From contig DGDV01000039.1 of the NCBI GenBank assembly GCA_002385625.1, forward strand, positions 52,564-116,563: a stretch of 64,000 nucleotides of DNA, written 5' to 3'. Positions 46,266 through 56,529 of this stretch are shown one piece after another. The position numbers and the translations under genes are program-made. Under the pieces are notes generated by a model that was not told the origin of the DNA, ran no database searches, and saw only the letters and a list, made by a program, of their open reading frames with translations. The stretch's first letter is position 1. The number at the start of each line of letters is the position of its first letter. The stretch comes from Firmicutes bacterium UBA3943. Its GTDB lineage: Bacteria; Bacillota; UBA4882; UBA10575; UBA3943.

Positions 46266-47567
46266 ATGAATGCAGTGGAGCTAATTATTAAGAAGCGGCG
46301 GGGCGAGAAATTAAGCCGGGAAGAGCTTGCTTTTTTAATTGATGGCTACTGCCGGGAGCTTATTCCCGATTACCAGATGGCCGCCTGGTGCATGGCCGTG
46401 TTCTTCCAGGGCATGGATGAAGAGGAAGCCACGGCTTTAACGGAGATAATGGCGGCCTCCGGGGAAACGGCGGATCTTTCGGAGATACCCGGCCCGAAGG
46501 TGGATAAGCATAGCACCGGTGGGGTAGGCGACAAGACTTCCTTGGTTTTGGGCCCCTTGGTGGCTGCGGCGGGGGTGCCGGTTTGCAAGATGTCCGGCCG
46601 GGGCCTGGGCCATACGGGCGGCACCATTGATAAATTGGAGTCCATTCCCGGCTTGACTACAAGCTTGACCCGGCGACAACTGATGGAGCAGGTCAGGCGT
46701 ATCGGCATTGGGATTGCCGGGCAAACCCAAGGGATGGTGCCGGCCGATAAGAAATTGTATGCTTTACGGGATGTCACCGGTACCGTGGAGAGTATGCCGC
46801 TGATTGCCGCCAGTATTATGTCGAAGAAACTGGCGGGGGGCGCCGATGGGATTGTGTTGGATGTAAAAGTGGGTAATGGCGCTTTTCTCAAGACCCGCAA
46901 GGAAGCCGAGGCCCTGGTCCGCTTGATGGTACAGATCGGAAACAGGGCCGGGCGGAGGACACTGGCGTTGTTGACTTCTATGGACCAGCCGCTGGGTTAT
47001 GCGGTGGGTAACGCCCTGGAAGTCCGGGAGGCCATCCTGGCTTTACGCGGGGAGGGACCAGCTGATCTCAACGAGGTCTCCCTGGCGCTGGGCGGCAGGA
47101 TGCTCTTCTTGGCCGGTCGGGTTAGCTCGCCGGAGGCTGGGGAGGACTTGCTGCGGGAGCAGATCAAGAATGGAGAAGGATTGCGCCGGTTTGCCCTGAT
47201 GATTGAGGCCCAAGGCGGCGACGGGCGTGTGGTGGATGATCTCTCCCTCTTGCCCCAGGCGCCGGTCAGGCGGGAGATCCTGGCGGAGCAGAGCGGTTAT
47301 TTGACGGAGATTGACACGGAAGAAGTTGGCCGGATTGCCATGCGGCTTGGTGCCGGGCGGATGGTCAAAGACGCGCCTATTGACCCGGCGGTGGGCTTGG
47401 TTCTCTGCAAAAAGTTGGGCGACCGGGTTGAAGCCGGGGAACCCCTGGCGGAAGTCCATTGCCGGAGTGAGGAGGCGGCGGACGAAGCTGGCTGGTCTTA
47501 TCTAGCGGCGGTTCGCTTTGACGCGCAACCGCAAACCTGTCCGGTAATTCTCGGTGATATTTCTTAG
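46266..47567 (+). CDS. pdp: Pyrimidine-nucleoside (thymidine) phosphorylase
   Basis: IIKKRRGEKLSREEL, DKHSTGGVGDK and SGRGLGHTGGTIDKLE motifs. Confidence 0.9.
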   Translation: MNAVELIIKKRRGEKLSREELAFLIDGYCRELIPDYQMAAWCMAVFFQGMDEEEATALTEIMAASGETADLSEIPGPKVDKHSTGGVGDKTSLVLGPLVAAAGVPVCKMSGRGLGHTGGTIDKLESIPGLTTSLTRRQLMEQVRRIGIGIAGQTQGMVPADKKLYALRDVTGTVESMPLIAASIMSKKLAGGADGIVLDVKVGNGAFLKTRKEAEALVRLMVQIGNRAGRRTLALLTSMDQPLGYAVGNALEVREAILALRGEGPADLNEVSLALGGRMLFLAGRVSSPEAGEDLLREQIKNGEGLRRFALMIEAQGGDGRVVDDLSLLPQAPVRREILAEQSGYLTEIDTEEVGRIAMRLGAGRMVKDAPIDPAVGLVLCKKLGDRVEAGEPLAEVHCRSEEAADEAGWSYLAAVRFDAQPQTCPVILGDIS

Positions 47568-47734
47568 GAGAAATATAAAAACCAAGCTGTTACAAGAAAC
47601 GCTGGAAAATGCTTTATAATCCATTTTTTAACTTATGAACATGTTTTTACAGTTGTTTTTTGGTTTGCACAGTCTATTACTTTGCGATATTATCTATTCG
47701 GATGTTTTTATTTTATCAATAATGGGGTGATATA

Positions 47735-49060
47735 GTGCGTCCCAAAACCTTTCGCGGCGGGATCCATCCGCAATATGGCAAAGAAATGACTTGTCACCTG
47801 GGAATTGAGACATTGCCTGCCCCGGAGCAGGTTGTTCTGCCCATGGCGCAACATGCCGGCGCTCCGGCGGAACCTTTGGTCAAAGCCGGAGATACGGTGG
47901 ATCTGGGACAAAAAATCGGTGAAGCCAAGGGTTTTGTTTCGGTGCCGGTTCATGCCAGCATTTCCGGGAAGGTGCTCTCGGTGGGGCCGGTGTCGCTGCC
48001 CAACGGCAATGTATCCGTTGCTGTTACCATTGAGAACGATGGCGAGGACCGGGTCTTTCCAGAACTGAAGGCGCCCGGTGATTATCGGCAACTGACTCCA
48101 GAACGCCTGCGCGAGTTGATGCGGGAAGCGGGTCTGGCTGGGATGGGTGGCGCCTCTTTCCCAACCCATGTCAAGTACAACCCACCGGAAGGGAAACGCA
48201 TTGACACCGTGGTCTTGAACGGCGCGGAATGCGAGCCCTTCCTCACCTGTGACCATCGCTTGATGGTGGAAGATGCGGAGAAGGTTGTCACCGGCTTAAA
48301 GGCGTTAATGCGGGCAGGCGGCGCGGAGAAAGGCATTATTGCCGTGGAAGTAAACAAAGCCGATGCCATCAAAGCCCTGGAGAAGGCCATCGCCGGGGAC
48401 CCGCAGCTGTCTGTAGCTCCGCTGGCGACAAAGTACCCGCAGGGCGAGGAGAAGATGATTATCCGGGCTGCCCTGGGACGCATTGTGCCTTCGGGCGGTT
48501 TGCCGATTGATGTGGGTGTGGTGGTTAATAATGTGGCCACTGCCGCTGCTTTCGCCGACTATTTGGCGACGGGGATGCCCTTGATCTCGCGGGTGGTTAC
48601 TGTGACCGGCCGGGGGGTTAAACAACCGAAAAACCTCCTGGTCCGACTGGGAACGCCCATCCAAAAACTACTGGAGGCCTGCGGCGGGTTTGCCGAAGAG
48701 CCCGGCAAGGTTATTGTGGGCGGACCCATGACCGGACCGGCTGTTTATCATTTGGACTTTCCCGTCGTGAAAGGTACTTCCGGCATCTTGGTGCAAAGCC
48801 GGGCGGAGGTTGCAGGCGGTGAAAGTATGGCTTGTATCCGCTGCGGCCGGTGTGTCAAAGTCTGTCCCTATTCTTTACTGCCTAACTTTTTGGCGGAGTT
48901 CGCCGAGCAAGGCAATTTGGATCAAGCTGAGGCGTACGGTATTATGGACTGCCGGGAATGCGGCTGCTGCACCTTTGTTTGTCCCAGTCGCCGTCCGCTC
49001 ATGCAACTGATCCGCAATGCTAAAGGAAAGATTCTGGCCCGACGGCGTAAGAGCGGCTAA
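47735..49060 (+). CDS. rnfC: Rnf complex subunit C
   Basis: FRGGIHP N-terminus, an NADH/FMN-binding region and two 4Fe-4S motifs (CIRCGRCVKVCP, CRECGCCTFVCP). Confidence 0.9.
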   Translation: MRPKTFRGGIHPQYGKEMTCHLGIETLPAPEQVVLPMAQHAGAPAEPLVKAGDTVDLGQKIGEAKGFVSVPVHASISGKVLSVGPVSLPNGNVSVAVTIENDGEDRVFPELKAPGDYRQLTPERLRELMREAGLAGMGGASFPTHVKYNPPEGKRIDTVVLNGAECEPFLTCDHRLMVEDAEKVVTGLKALMRAGGAEKGIIAVEVNKADAIKALEKAIAGDPQLSVAPLATKYPQGEEKMIIRAALGRIVPSGGLPIDVGVVVNNVATAAAFADYLATGMPLISRVVTVTGRGVKQPKNLLVRLGTPIQKLLEACGGFAEEPGKVIVGGPMTGPAVYHLDFPVVKGTSGILVQSRAEVAGGESMACIRCGRCVKVCPYSLLPNFLAEFAEQGNLDQAEAYGIMDCRECGCCTFVCPSRRPLMQLIRNAKGKILARRRKSG

Positions 49061-49076
49061 GGAGGTAACAGAAGCG

Positions 49077-50057
49077 GTGGAAACGATGTTAAATCCGGAA
49101 GTTGTCGTCTCGTCCTCACCGCATATCCGGTCCGACGTGACGACGGAGAAAATCATGTGGCAGGTCATCTTGGCGTTGGCTCCGGCTGCCTGCGCCGGTG
49201 TGGTGTTCTTTGGCTGGCATGCTTTGGCTGTGATTATCGTCTCCATGATGGCGGCCATGGGAACTGAGGCTGTGACCAGACGGACGATGGGGCGGCCGGT
49301 GACATTAAATGACGGCAGCGCCGCTTTAACCGGTTTGTTGTTGGCCTTGGTCATCCCTCCCGGCGTCCCCTTGTGGATCCCTGCTGTGGGTTCAGCCTTT
49401 GCCATTGCCATTGGCAAGCAGGTCTTTGGCGGCCTGGGTTATAATCCCTTTAACCCGGCTTTGCTCGGGCGGGCTTTTCTCTTGGCCAGCTGGCCGGCGT
49501 TAATGACGAGATGGCAGTGGCCGGCCAACTCCTTGGCTTGGGCCGGCAGCCATGTTGATGCCGTGGCGGGAGCTACTATCTTACCCCTGGTTAAACATGG
49601 CCGTTTGGCCAGCCTGGGACTGGAAATTCCCCTGTCCCAACTCTTCATCGGTAATGTGGCCGGTTCCTTGGGAGAGACGTCGGCCCTGGCCCTGCTTTTG
49701 GGCGCTGCCTTCCTTTTGGTTAGAGGGATTATCGATTGGCGGATTCCCACCGCCTATTTGGGCAGCGTGGCAGTGCTGGCCCTGGTTTTTGGAGAGAATC
49801 CCTTGTTTCACCTCTTGGCCGGAGGTTTGCTCTTGGGCGCCTTCTTTATGGCCACCGACTATGTTACGACGCCGATTACGCCGCGGGGAAGAGTCATTTT
49901 TGGGTTGGGCTGCGGCTTACTAACCATGCTCATCCGGAAGTTTGGCGGATATCCGGAGGGGGTTTGCTATTCCATCTTAATTATGAATGCAACGGTGCCG
50001 CTGCTTGACCGTTACACCCGTCCGCGGCGGTTTGGGGAGGTGGCGAAGGGTGCGTGA
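49077..50057 (+). CDS. rnfD: Rnf complex subunit D
   Basis: SSSPHIRS N-terminus on a polytopic membrane protein. The start is ambiguous (GTG 49077 or ATG 49086). Confidence 0.85.
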   Translation: METMLNPEVVVSSSPHIRSDVTTEKIMWQVILALAPAACAGVVFFGWHALAVIIVSMMAAMGTEAVTRRTMGRPVTLNDGSAALTGLLLALVIPPGVPLWIPAVGSAFAIAIGKQVFGGLGYNPFNPALLGRAFLLASWPALMTRWQWPANSLAWAGSHVDAVAGATILPLVKHGRLASLGLEIPLSQLFIGNVAGSLGETSALALLLGAAFLLVRGIIDWRIPTAYLGSVAVLALVFGENPLFHLLAGGLLLGAFFMATDYVTTPITPRGRVIFGLGCGLLTMLIRKFGGYPEGVCYSILIMNATVPLLDRYTRPRRFGEVAKGA

Positions 50058-50667
50058 TCTTAAGCAAATGATTATCACTGTGGTGGTACTGGTGGTAATC
50101 TGCTCTGTTGCCGCCGGCACCTTGGCTTGGGTGAATGGTTTGACTGCACCGCGCATTGAAGAGGCTAAAGCTAGGGCGCTCCAAGCAGCTTTGGGTGAAT
50201 GTTTGGTTTCCGCCACCGATTTTGTTGAGGATCAAGGGGCGTTAGCGCGGGTCAAGGCGGAGCTTGACGGCGCCAAGAATGCTCCGGCGATTGACAAGGT
50301 TTATCGCGGGACTGCCCAGGGACAGGACCAGGGCTATGTTTTTACGGTTAATACATCGGGTTACGCCAGTGTTATTACATTGATGGTGGGTATTAACGCC
50401 GATGGCCAAATGGAAAAAGTTAAAGTGCTCAGCCAGGCGGAGACCCCCGGCTTGGGAACAAAGATTAAAGATGAGCAATTCATTGACCAGAGCGCCTTTC
50501 GCAGCGTGCGAACCGGTGTGAATCTGGCAGTTACGAAGGACGGGGGACAGGTTCAAGCCATTGCCGGCGCCACCGTTTCTTCCCGGGCGGTTGTGCGGGC
50601 AATCAATCAGGCTTTAACTGCAGCCAACGTCTTATTAACCAAGCAGGGAGAGGGGGGCCTTGAATGA
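50050..50667 (+). CDS. rnfG: Rnf complex subunit G (FMN-binding)
   Basis: ETPGLG and IAGATVSSRAV (flavinylation S/T-GAT motif). The start is GTG 50050 or ATG 50068. Confidence 0.85.
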   Translation: MRDLKQMIITVVVLVVICSVAAGTLAWVNGLTAPRIEEAKARALQAALGECLVSATDFVEDQGALARVKAELDGAKNAPAIDKVYRGTAQGQDQGYVFTVNTSGYASVITLMVGINADGQMEKVKVLSQAETPGLGTKIKDEQFIDQSAFRSVRTGVNLAVTKDGGQVQAIAGATVSSRAVVRAINQALTAANVLLTKQGEGGLE

Positions 50668-51290
50668 GTTTGTGGCGGGATTTTAAAAACGGTCTTTTCA
50701 ATGAGAACCCCACATTTCGCCTGGTCCTGGGAATGTGTCCCACCTTGGCCGTCTCCACGACAGTGGTGAACGGTATCGGTATGGGTTTGGCGGCCACTGC
50801 GGTCTTGGTTGGGTCCAATGTGATTATTTCGTTGCTGCGCAATGTGATCCCCAAAGACGTGCGCATTCCGGCCTTTGTGGTCATTATTGCCGCCTTTGTG
50901 ACCATCGTGGATAAAATAATGGCGGCTTATGTGCCGGAACTCCATAAAGTACTGGGGATTTTCATTCCCCTGATCGTGGTTAACTGTATTATCCTGGCCC
51001 GGGCCGAGGCTTTTGCTTCCAAGCGGCCGGTCATCAATTCAATGATGGACGGGTTGGGCATGGGCCTGGGCTTCACCATGTCAATTACCTTTATTTCGGC
51101 CATCCGTGAATTATTAGGGACCGGGACCATTTTTGTGGCGAAGGACTTTGGTTTTACCGGCCTCAAGGTTTTTGCGGAGGAACTGGGAGCGATCATAATG
51201 ATCCTGCCGCCCGGGGCCTTCATTACCCTCGGCCTGGTTTTGGCTGGCATCAACTGGTTGGTAAGCCGGAAAGGGGCGAAGACGGCGTGA
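50664..51290 (+). CDS. rnfE: Rnf complex subunit E
   Basis: NPTFRLVLGMCPTLAV and IPLIVVNCIILARAEAFA motifs. Confidence 0.9.
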   Translation: MSLWRDFKNGLFNENPTFRLVLGMCPTLAVSTTVVNGIGMGLAATAVLVGSNVIISLLRNVIPKDVRIPAFVVIIAAFVTIVDKIMAAYVPELHKVLGIFIPLIVVNCIILARAEAFASKRPVINSMMDGLGMGLGFTMSITFISAIRELLGTGTIFVAKDFGFTGLKVFAEELGAIIMILPPGAFITLGLVLAGINWLVSRKGAKTA

Positions 51291-51880
51291 CGAAACTTTT
51301 GGTTATAGCTTTTGGCTCCATTTTTATCAGCAATTTTGTCCTCACCCGTTTCTTAGGGATCTGTCCTTTCCTGGGGGTCTCCAAGAAGGTGGAGACCGCC
51401 GTTGGTATGGGTTTTGCCGTCACCTTTGTCATGGGTTTGGCCTCAGCAATTACCTATGGCCTGCAAAAGCTGCTGGAACACTTCCATATTGAGATTTTGC
51501 AGACTTTAACCTTTATTTTGGTCATTGCGGTTTTAGTCCAGTTTGTGGAGATGGTGATTAAAAAGATCAGCCCAGTGCTCTATCAGGCTCTGGGGATCTA
51601 CCTTCCGCTCATCACCACCAACTGTGCGGTGCTGGGTGTGGCGCTCATCAATGTTAAAGAGGGGTATAATTTCCTGCAAGCGGTGGTCAACGGTGTTTCC
51701 GCTGCGTTGGGCTTTACCATGGCCATTGTGCTCTTTGCCGGGATCCGGGAACGCATGGCTGCCGCACCTGTCCCCAAGGCGTTTCAGGGGTTTCCCATTG
51801 CTTTAGTTACCGCCGGTCTTGTTTCCATCGCCTTTTTAGGTTTTAACGGTTTTAAGCTGGAGGCATTGTTTGCCTTTTGA
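51287..51880 (+). CDS. rnfA: Rnf complex subunit A
   Basis: NFVLTRFLGICPFLGVS and LPLITTNCAVLGVAL motifs. Confidence 0.9.
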   Translation: MTKLLVIAFGSIFISNFVLTRFLGICPFLGVSKKVETAVGMGFAVTFVMGLASAITYGLQKLLEHFHIEILQTLTFILVIAVLVQFVEMVIKKISPVLYQALGIYLPLITTNCAVLGVALINVKEGYNFLQAVVNGVSAALGFTMAIVLFAGIRERMAAAPVPKAFQGFPIALVTAGLVSIAFLGFNGFKLEALFAF

Positions 51881-51951
51881 CCGAAGGGTTATAATCTGTC
51901 GTTTGCGCCAGCAAACGTAGTTCCAGGTCTGACATTAAGGGGGATGATGTT

Positions 51952-52779
51952 ATGAACAGTCCCATAATCATTTCCATTTTCGTCCTGTCCGGCATTGGCA
52001 TCTTGTCCGGCGTAATTCTTGTCATCGCCTCAAAGATCTTTATGGTGCAGACTGAGCCCAGGGCGGAGGAGATTGAAGGTTTATTGCCTGGCGCCAACTG
52101 CGGCGGCTGTGGTTACCCCGGCTGTAAAGGGCTGGCCGAAGCCATTGTTGCGGGTAACGCACCGGTTACCGCTTGCCCCGCTACCAAAGATTATTCGGCC
52201 ATTGCGCAAGTGATGGGGGTGACGGTGGAGCCCGTAACAGTGCGTAAGGTGGCCAAACTTCGTTGCCTGGGCGGCAAGGAGGAAACCACCAACCGCTTTG
52301 TTTATCAGGGGGTTCTAGATTGCGACGCCGCCCAAGCTATGGCCGGTGGTTTCAAGGGCTGCACCTATGGTTGTTTGGGGCTGGGAAGCTGCGCGAAGGC
52401 TTGTCCCTTTGGGGCGATTACCATGACCGTCAATGGCCTGCCCCAGGTTGACGAGGGTCTTTGTACTGCTTGCGGGGTCTGTGTCAACACTTGCCCGCGC
52501 AGCTTATTTGCACTTTTGCCCGAAGGCGATCCCGTTACCGTTCTTTGCCAAAGCCAGGCCAAAGGTCCGGAGGTGCGGAAGGTCTGCAAGGTTGGTTGCA
52601 TTGGCTGCGGGATTTGCGTGAAAAACTGTCCTGTCTCCGCCATTACCCTCAATGATAATTTGGCGGTGATTGATCCCCAGCTTTGTACAGCTTGTGGCGT
52701 ATGTATCGAAAAATGTCCCATGAAGACCATTCGGGGTACGGTTTCCCCGGCACGCACAATTGAGGCGACGGGGGCTTAA
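51952..52779 (+). CDS. rnfB: Rnf complex subunit B (polyferredoxin)
   Basis: N-terminal anchor, GANCGGCGYPGC and several CxxCxxCxxxCP clusters. Confidence 0.9.
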   Translation: MNSPIIISIFVLSGIGILSGVILVIASKIFMVQTEPRAEEIEGLLPGANCGGCGYPGCKGLAEAIVAGNAPVTACPATKDYSAIAQVMGVTVEPVTVRKVAKLRCLGGKEETTNRFVYQGVLDCDAAQAMAGGFKGCTYGCLGLGSCAKACPFGAITMTVNGLPQVDEGLCTACGVCVNTCPRSLFALLPEGDPVTVLCQSQAKGPEVRKVCKVGCIGCGICVKNCPVSAITLNDNLAVIDPQLCTACGVCIEKCPMKTIRGTVSPARTIEATGA

Positions 52780-52841
52780 AACGCCAGTTTCCCGGGGGTA
52801 TTAGAGGGATAAAACGGAATATCGGGCTGTTTTACGGAGAA

Positions 52842-52872
52842 AAGGGCAGATGTGAAAAACTTGCCCTTTTTT
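52842..52872 (+). terminator. Rho-independent terminator of the rnf operon
   Basis: AAGGGCA...TGCCCTT stem followed by TTTTT. Confidence 0.7.
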
Positions 52873-52953
52873 CCATGGAAAATCCTCAGTAACGAAGAGG
52901 ATTTCTCCCACTGATTGTGGAATCTCATAAAAATTTGAAGGGGGAGTGTCTAC

Positions 52954-53214
52954 GTGGCAAATTCTGGCGGTTCAGCAAAAAACCCGTGGGTATTGGCTTT
53001 ACTGCTGGTAGTTGGAAGTTTGACCGGTTCTCTGCTGGGACAGTTGTTAGGAGGGACGTTGCCGTTTTTAAAAACCGGTTCCACTATTGAATTGGCTCCC
53101 CAAACCCTCAAGTTGGCCGAGGTGTTTCATCTAACTTTTGGTTTTGGTTTTTGCCTCAATATTGCAACCATCCTTGGGATGGCCTTGGCCATCTGGGTTT
53201 ACCGGAAGCTATGA
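52954..53214 (+). CDS. DUF4321 small membrane protein
   Basis: PWVLALLLVVGSLTGSLLGQ...LNIATILGMALAIWVYRKL; conserved position upstream of maf. Confidence 0.7.
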   Translation: MANSGGSAKNPWVLALLLVVGSLTGSLLGQLLGGTLPFLKTGSTIELAPQTLKLAEVFHLTFGFGFCLNIATILGMALAIWVYRKL

Positions 53215-53825
53215 ACTCCGGGCAAGGCAAGAACAACGGTAAGCCCCGTTTAGTTTTGGCCTCGGCTTCACCTCGTCGCCGCGAGTTATTGGCCGGCCTG
53301 AATCTTCCATTTCTGGTCCATCCAAGCCGGGCCGAGGAGGCGGCGGTGGCTTTACCGGAGGACCCGCAGGACCGTGTCCGATATCTAGCCCTTTGCAAAG
53401 CCAGGGAAGTGGCAAACATTTACCCGGACCATGTGGTCCTTGGCGTTGATACGGTAGTGGCATTGGATGGCCGGATTCTGGAGAAACCGGCCGACTCTGA
53501 AGAGGCCGTCCGGATGCTGCAGGCTCTCTCCGGCAAGTGGCATCAGGTGTATTCCGGCTTGGCCCTGGTGCACAGGAGCACTGGGCAGGAGCGGCAAGGG
53601 GTGGTGCAAACGGCAGTGCATTTTCTGCCCCTGGGTGAAGAGGAGATCCGGGCTTATGTCGCCACCGGTGAACCCATGGACAAGGCGGGCGCCTATGGGA
53701 TTCAAGGACGGGCTGCCGTTTTTATTGATGAGATCCGGGGCTGTTACTTTAACGTGGTGGGACTGCCCCTGGCTGCCTTGGCCCAACTGTTGCGGGAGTT
53801 CGGAATGGAAATATTGAAGGAGTGA
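53211..53825 (+). CDS. maf: Maf-like nucleoside triphosphate pyrophosphatase
   Basis: LVLASASPRRRELL and DKAGAYGIQG motifs. ATGA overlap with the upstream stop; the track start 53151 is rejected. Confidence 0.85.
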   Translation: MNSGQGKNNGKPRLVLASASPRRRELLAGLNLPFLVHPSRAEEAAVALPEDPQDRVRYLALCKAREVANIYPDHVVLGVDTVVALDGRILEKPADSEEAVRMLQALSGKWHQVYSGLALVHRSTGQERQGVVQTAVHFLPLGEEEIRAYVATGEPMDKAGAYGIQGRAAVFIDEIRGCYFNVVGLPLAALAQLLREFGMEILKE

Positions 53826-53859
53826 GATGTCTGTGTCATTACCCCGACGACATCCCACC

Positions 53860-54528
53860 ATGAAGGAACTGCCAATTCACGAACGACCTAGGGAGAGGTT
53901 TAAACATTACGGTCCATCGGTGTTGTCACCGGGAGAGCTATTAGCCATCATCATCCGGACGGGAACAAAAGAGTACTCCGCTCGGGACCTTGCGGAGAAA
54001 CTCTTGACAGAAATGGGAGGGCTGCGCAATTTAGCCCTGTCCAACGTGGCGGAACTGGCCGCTTTCCATGGTATGGGTGAAGCTAAAGCCATTCAAGTCT
54101 TGGCTGCTTTTGAGCTTGGCCGGCGGCTGTTTACCCTCGAAGCCGAGAGTTTACCGGTTATCCGTTCCCCACGGGATGCAGCGCCGCTTTTCATGTCCAC
54201 TTTACGGTATCAACAGAAGGAATTTTTTCTGGCGGCCCATCTCAATACAAAAAACCAGGTGATCACCGTGGAAACCATCTCCATCGGTACACTTAACTCC
54301 TCGTTGGTCCACCCGAGGGAACTTTTTAAATCTGCGGTGAAGAACAGTTCGGCGGCATTAATTATGGCACATAATCATCCCAGCGGCGACCCGGAGCCTA
54401 GCAAGGAAGACCTTCAATTGACCAAAAGGTTGCAACAGGCCGGTGAGCTTATGGGTATTGCGGTTTTGGACCATCTTATCATCGGAGGAGACCGTTTTAT
54501 CAGTCTAAAAGAGAGAGGATTGATGTGA
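53860..54528 (+). CDS. radC: RadC-like JAB domain protein
   Basis: HERPRERF N-terminus, HhH region and JAMM motif HNHPSGDPEPS. Confidence 0.85.
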   Translation: MKELPIHERPRERFKHYGPSVLSPGELLAIIIRTGTKEYSARDLAEKLLTEMGGLRNLALSNVAELAAFHGMGEAKAIQVLAAFELGRRLFTLEAESLPVIRSPRDAAPLFMSTLRYQQKEFFLAAHLNTKNQVITVETISIGTLNSSLVHPRELFKSAVKNSSAALIMAHNHPSGDPEPSKEDLQLTKRLQQAGELMGIAVLDHLIIGGDRFISLKERGLM

Positions 54529-54553
54529 ACCTTTCAGCAAGTTTCATCGTTAA

Positions 54554-54580
54554 GATTGATAACAATACGATTGATAACAA
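54554..54580. repeat. Direct repeat GATTGATAACAA x2 (15-nt period) upstream of mreB
   Basis: 54554-54565 and 54569-54580 are identical by direct reading. Confidence 0.9.
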
Positions 54581-54623
54581 ATTCATGCTTCACATTTTCA
54601 ACGAAGGAAAGGGGTAAAATGTA

Positions 54624-55661
54624 ATGATTAATGCAGTGCTTGGACGCTTCTCCCGTGATATGGGGATCGATTTGGGAACCGCCAACACCCTGGTTTACGT
54701 GAAGGGAAAAGGTGTGGTCCTCCAGGAACCCACTGTGGTTGCCTTGGATCGTGACACATCGGAGATTATTGCCGTCGGTAAAGAAGCAGAACAAATGGTG
54801 GGGAGAACCCCTGGCAATATCATTGCGGTGCGTCCCATGAAGGACGGCGTGATTGCTGATTTTGAAGTCACCGAAAAGATGTTGCGTTACTTTATCGGGA
54901 AAGCCAACCGCCGCCATGGCATCTTTTCACCGCGGGTGATCATCGGTGTTCCTTCCGGTGTCACGGAGGTGGAGAAACGGGCGGTGATGGATGCCGGCAG
55001 GGAAGCCGGGGCCCGAGAGGTGTTTTTGATTGAAGAGCCGATGGCGGCGGCGATTGGCGCTGGCCTGCCGGTGCAGGAGCCGACGGGCAACCTGATTGTG
55101 GATATTGGTGGTGGGACAACTGAGGTAGCTGTTATTTCGTTGGGCGGGATTGTTTCCAGCCGTTCCATCCGGGTGGCCGGCGATGAACTCAACGAAGCCA
55201 TCGCCCAATACATCAAGCGCCGTTATAACCTGATGGTCGGCGAACGTACGGCTGAGGAGATCAAACAAACAATTGGATCGGCATATCCTATGAAAGAAGA
55301 GACAATCCGGGAGGTCCGCGGTCGTGACCTCTTGACCGGCTTGCCCAAGGTCATTGAGGTTTCTTCCAAGGAGATCCTGGAGGCATTGACGGAACCGGTA
55401 GCCAATATTGTCGATGCGGTGAAGATGACGCTGGAGCGCACACCGCCGGAATTGGCCGCTGACATTTTGGACCGGGGGATTGTCATGTCGGGTGGCGGTG
55501 CCTTGTTGCGCGGGATTGATCGCTTGTTGGCCGAGGAGACCGGCATGCCCGTACAAGTGGCTGAGGATCCCTTGACCTGTGTGGCCAGGGGGACAGGCGC
55601 CACTTTAGAGAGTTTGAATCTGCTCAGCAGTGTGCTCATCTCCAACCGGAGGGTAAGCTGA
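54624..55661 (+). CDS. mreB: Rod shape-determining protein MreB
   Basis: [25 protein letters not shown] and an actin-like fold. Confidence 0.95.
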   Translation: MINAVLGRFSRDMGIDLGTANTLVYVKGKGVVLQEPTVVALDRDTSEIIAVGKEAEQMVGRTPGNIIAVRPMKDGVIADFEVTEKMLRYFIGKANRRHGIFSPRVIIGVPSGVTEVEKRAVMDAGREAGAREVFLIEEPMAAAIGAGLPVQEPTGNLIVDIGGGTTEVAVISLGGIVSSRSIRVAGDELNEAIAQYIKRRYNLMVGERTAEEIKQTIGSAYPMKEETIREVRGRDLLTGLPKVIEVSSKEILEALTEPVANIVDAVKMTLERTPPELAADILDRGIVMSGGGALLRGIDRLLAEETGMPVQVAEDPLTCVARGTGATLESLNLLSSVLISNRRVS

Positions 55662-55677
55662 GAAAGGCGGAATTTCC

Positions 55678-56529
55678 GTGTGGCAGACATTATTCCAGAA
55701 AAGGTTACTCATATTTCTGGGCTTGGCTTTTCTTTTGATTACTTGGGCCATCTTTCTTACATCTTCCGGAGAGCGGAAGGGTGAGGTGCTCCCGGAATGG
55801 ATCACCAAAGGGATTCTCCGTCCTTTTCAGGGGATTGTCGGGTCTGTCTCCCGGAGTTTTGTTGAGACCTGGCAGACCCTGAACCACCTGGGTGCTCTCC
55901 ACCGGGAGAATTACGAACTCAAAACAGAGATTACCCGCCTGGAGATGGAGAACAAGCGGTTACGGATGTTGGCGCAGGAAAATGCCAGGTTACGGCAGGC
56001 CTTGAATTTTCGGGATCGTTCTCACTTGGAGCTTTTACCGGCGGAGGTGATCGCCCACTCGCCCCACCACTGGACCAGGACACTGACCATTGATAAAGGC
56101 AGTAGGCACGGCCTGCGCCGGAATATGGCGGTGATTACCCCCGACGGGCTCGCCGGACGGATCTTGAGCGTAAGCAGCAACCGCGCTGAAGTGCTGTTGA
56201 TTAATGACGGCCGGGACGGTAACAAGATTAGCGGTATTTTGGAGCGGACCAGAGATCTGGTTTATATCTCGGGGGCAGGCGGTTATTGTATTGTTACTCC
56301 TTCGGATATTGGGGTGACCTTGCGCCCCGGTGACCGGATCTTAACGGCCGAATCCAGCCTGGTGTTCCCCCCCAATTTAACCATCGGGGTCATTGTTGAC
56401 GTGAAACGGTCCGGCGCGGGTCAGAAGGGAGAGGCGTTGCTAAAACCAGCGGTGGCTTCCTCACGTTTGGAAGAACTTTTTGTAGTGCTCCGACCTCTTT
56501 CCCAACCTGAGACACGGAGGAGTCCTTGA
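55678..56529 (+). CDS. mreC: Rod shape-determining protein MreC
   Basis: N-terminal TM helix, coiled coil (ENYELKTEITRLEMENKRLR) and a beta-rich C-terminus; operon position. Confidence 0.85.
   Translation: MWQTLFQKRLLIFLGLAFLLITWAIFLTSSGERKGEVLPEWITKGILRPFQGIVGSVSRSFVETWQTLNHLGALHRENYELKTEITRLEMENKRLRMLAQENARLRQALNFRDRSHLELLPAEVIAHSPHHWTRTLTIDKGSRHGLRRNMAVITPDGLAGRILSVSSNRAEVLLINDGRDGNKISGILERTRDLVYISGAGGYCIVTPSDIGVTLRPGDRILTAESSLVFPPNLTIGVIVDVKRSGAGQKGEALLKPAVASSRLEELFVVLRPLSQPETRRSP

Noticed and set aside
47708-49417. Minus-strand ORFs of 182, 152 and 180 aa inside rnfC/rnfD
   Set aside because: They are antisense shadows of conserved Rnf genes.
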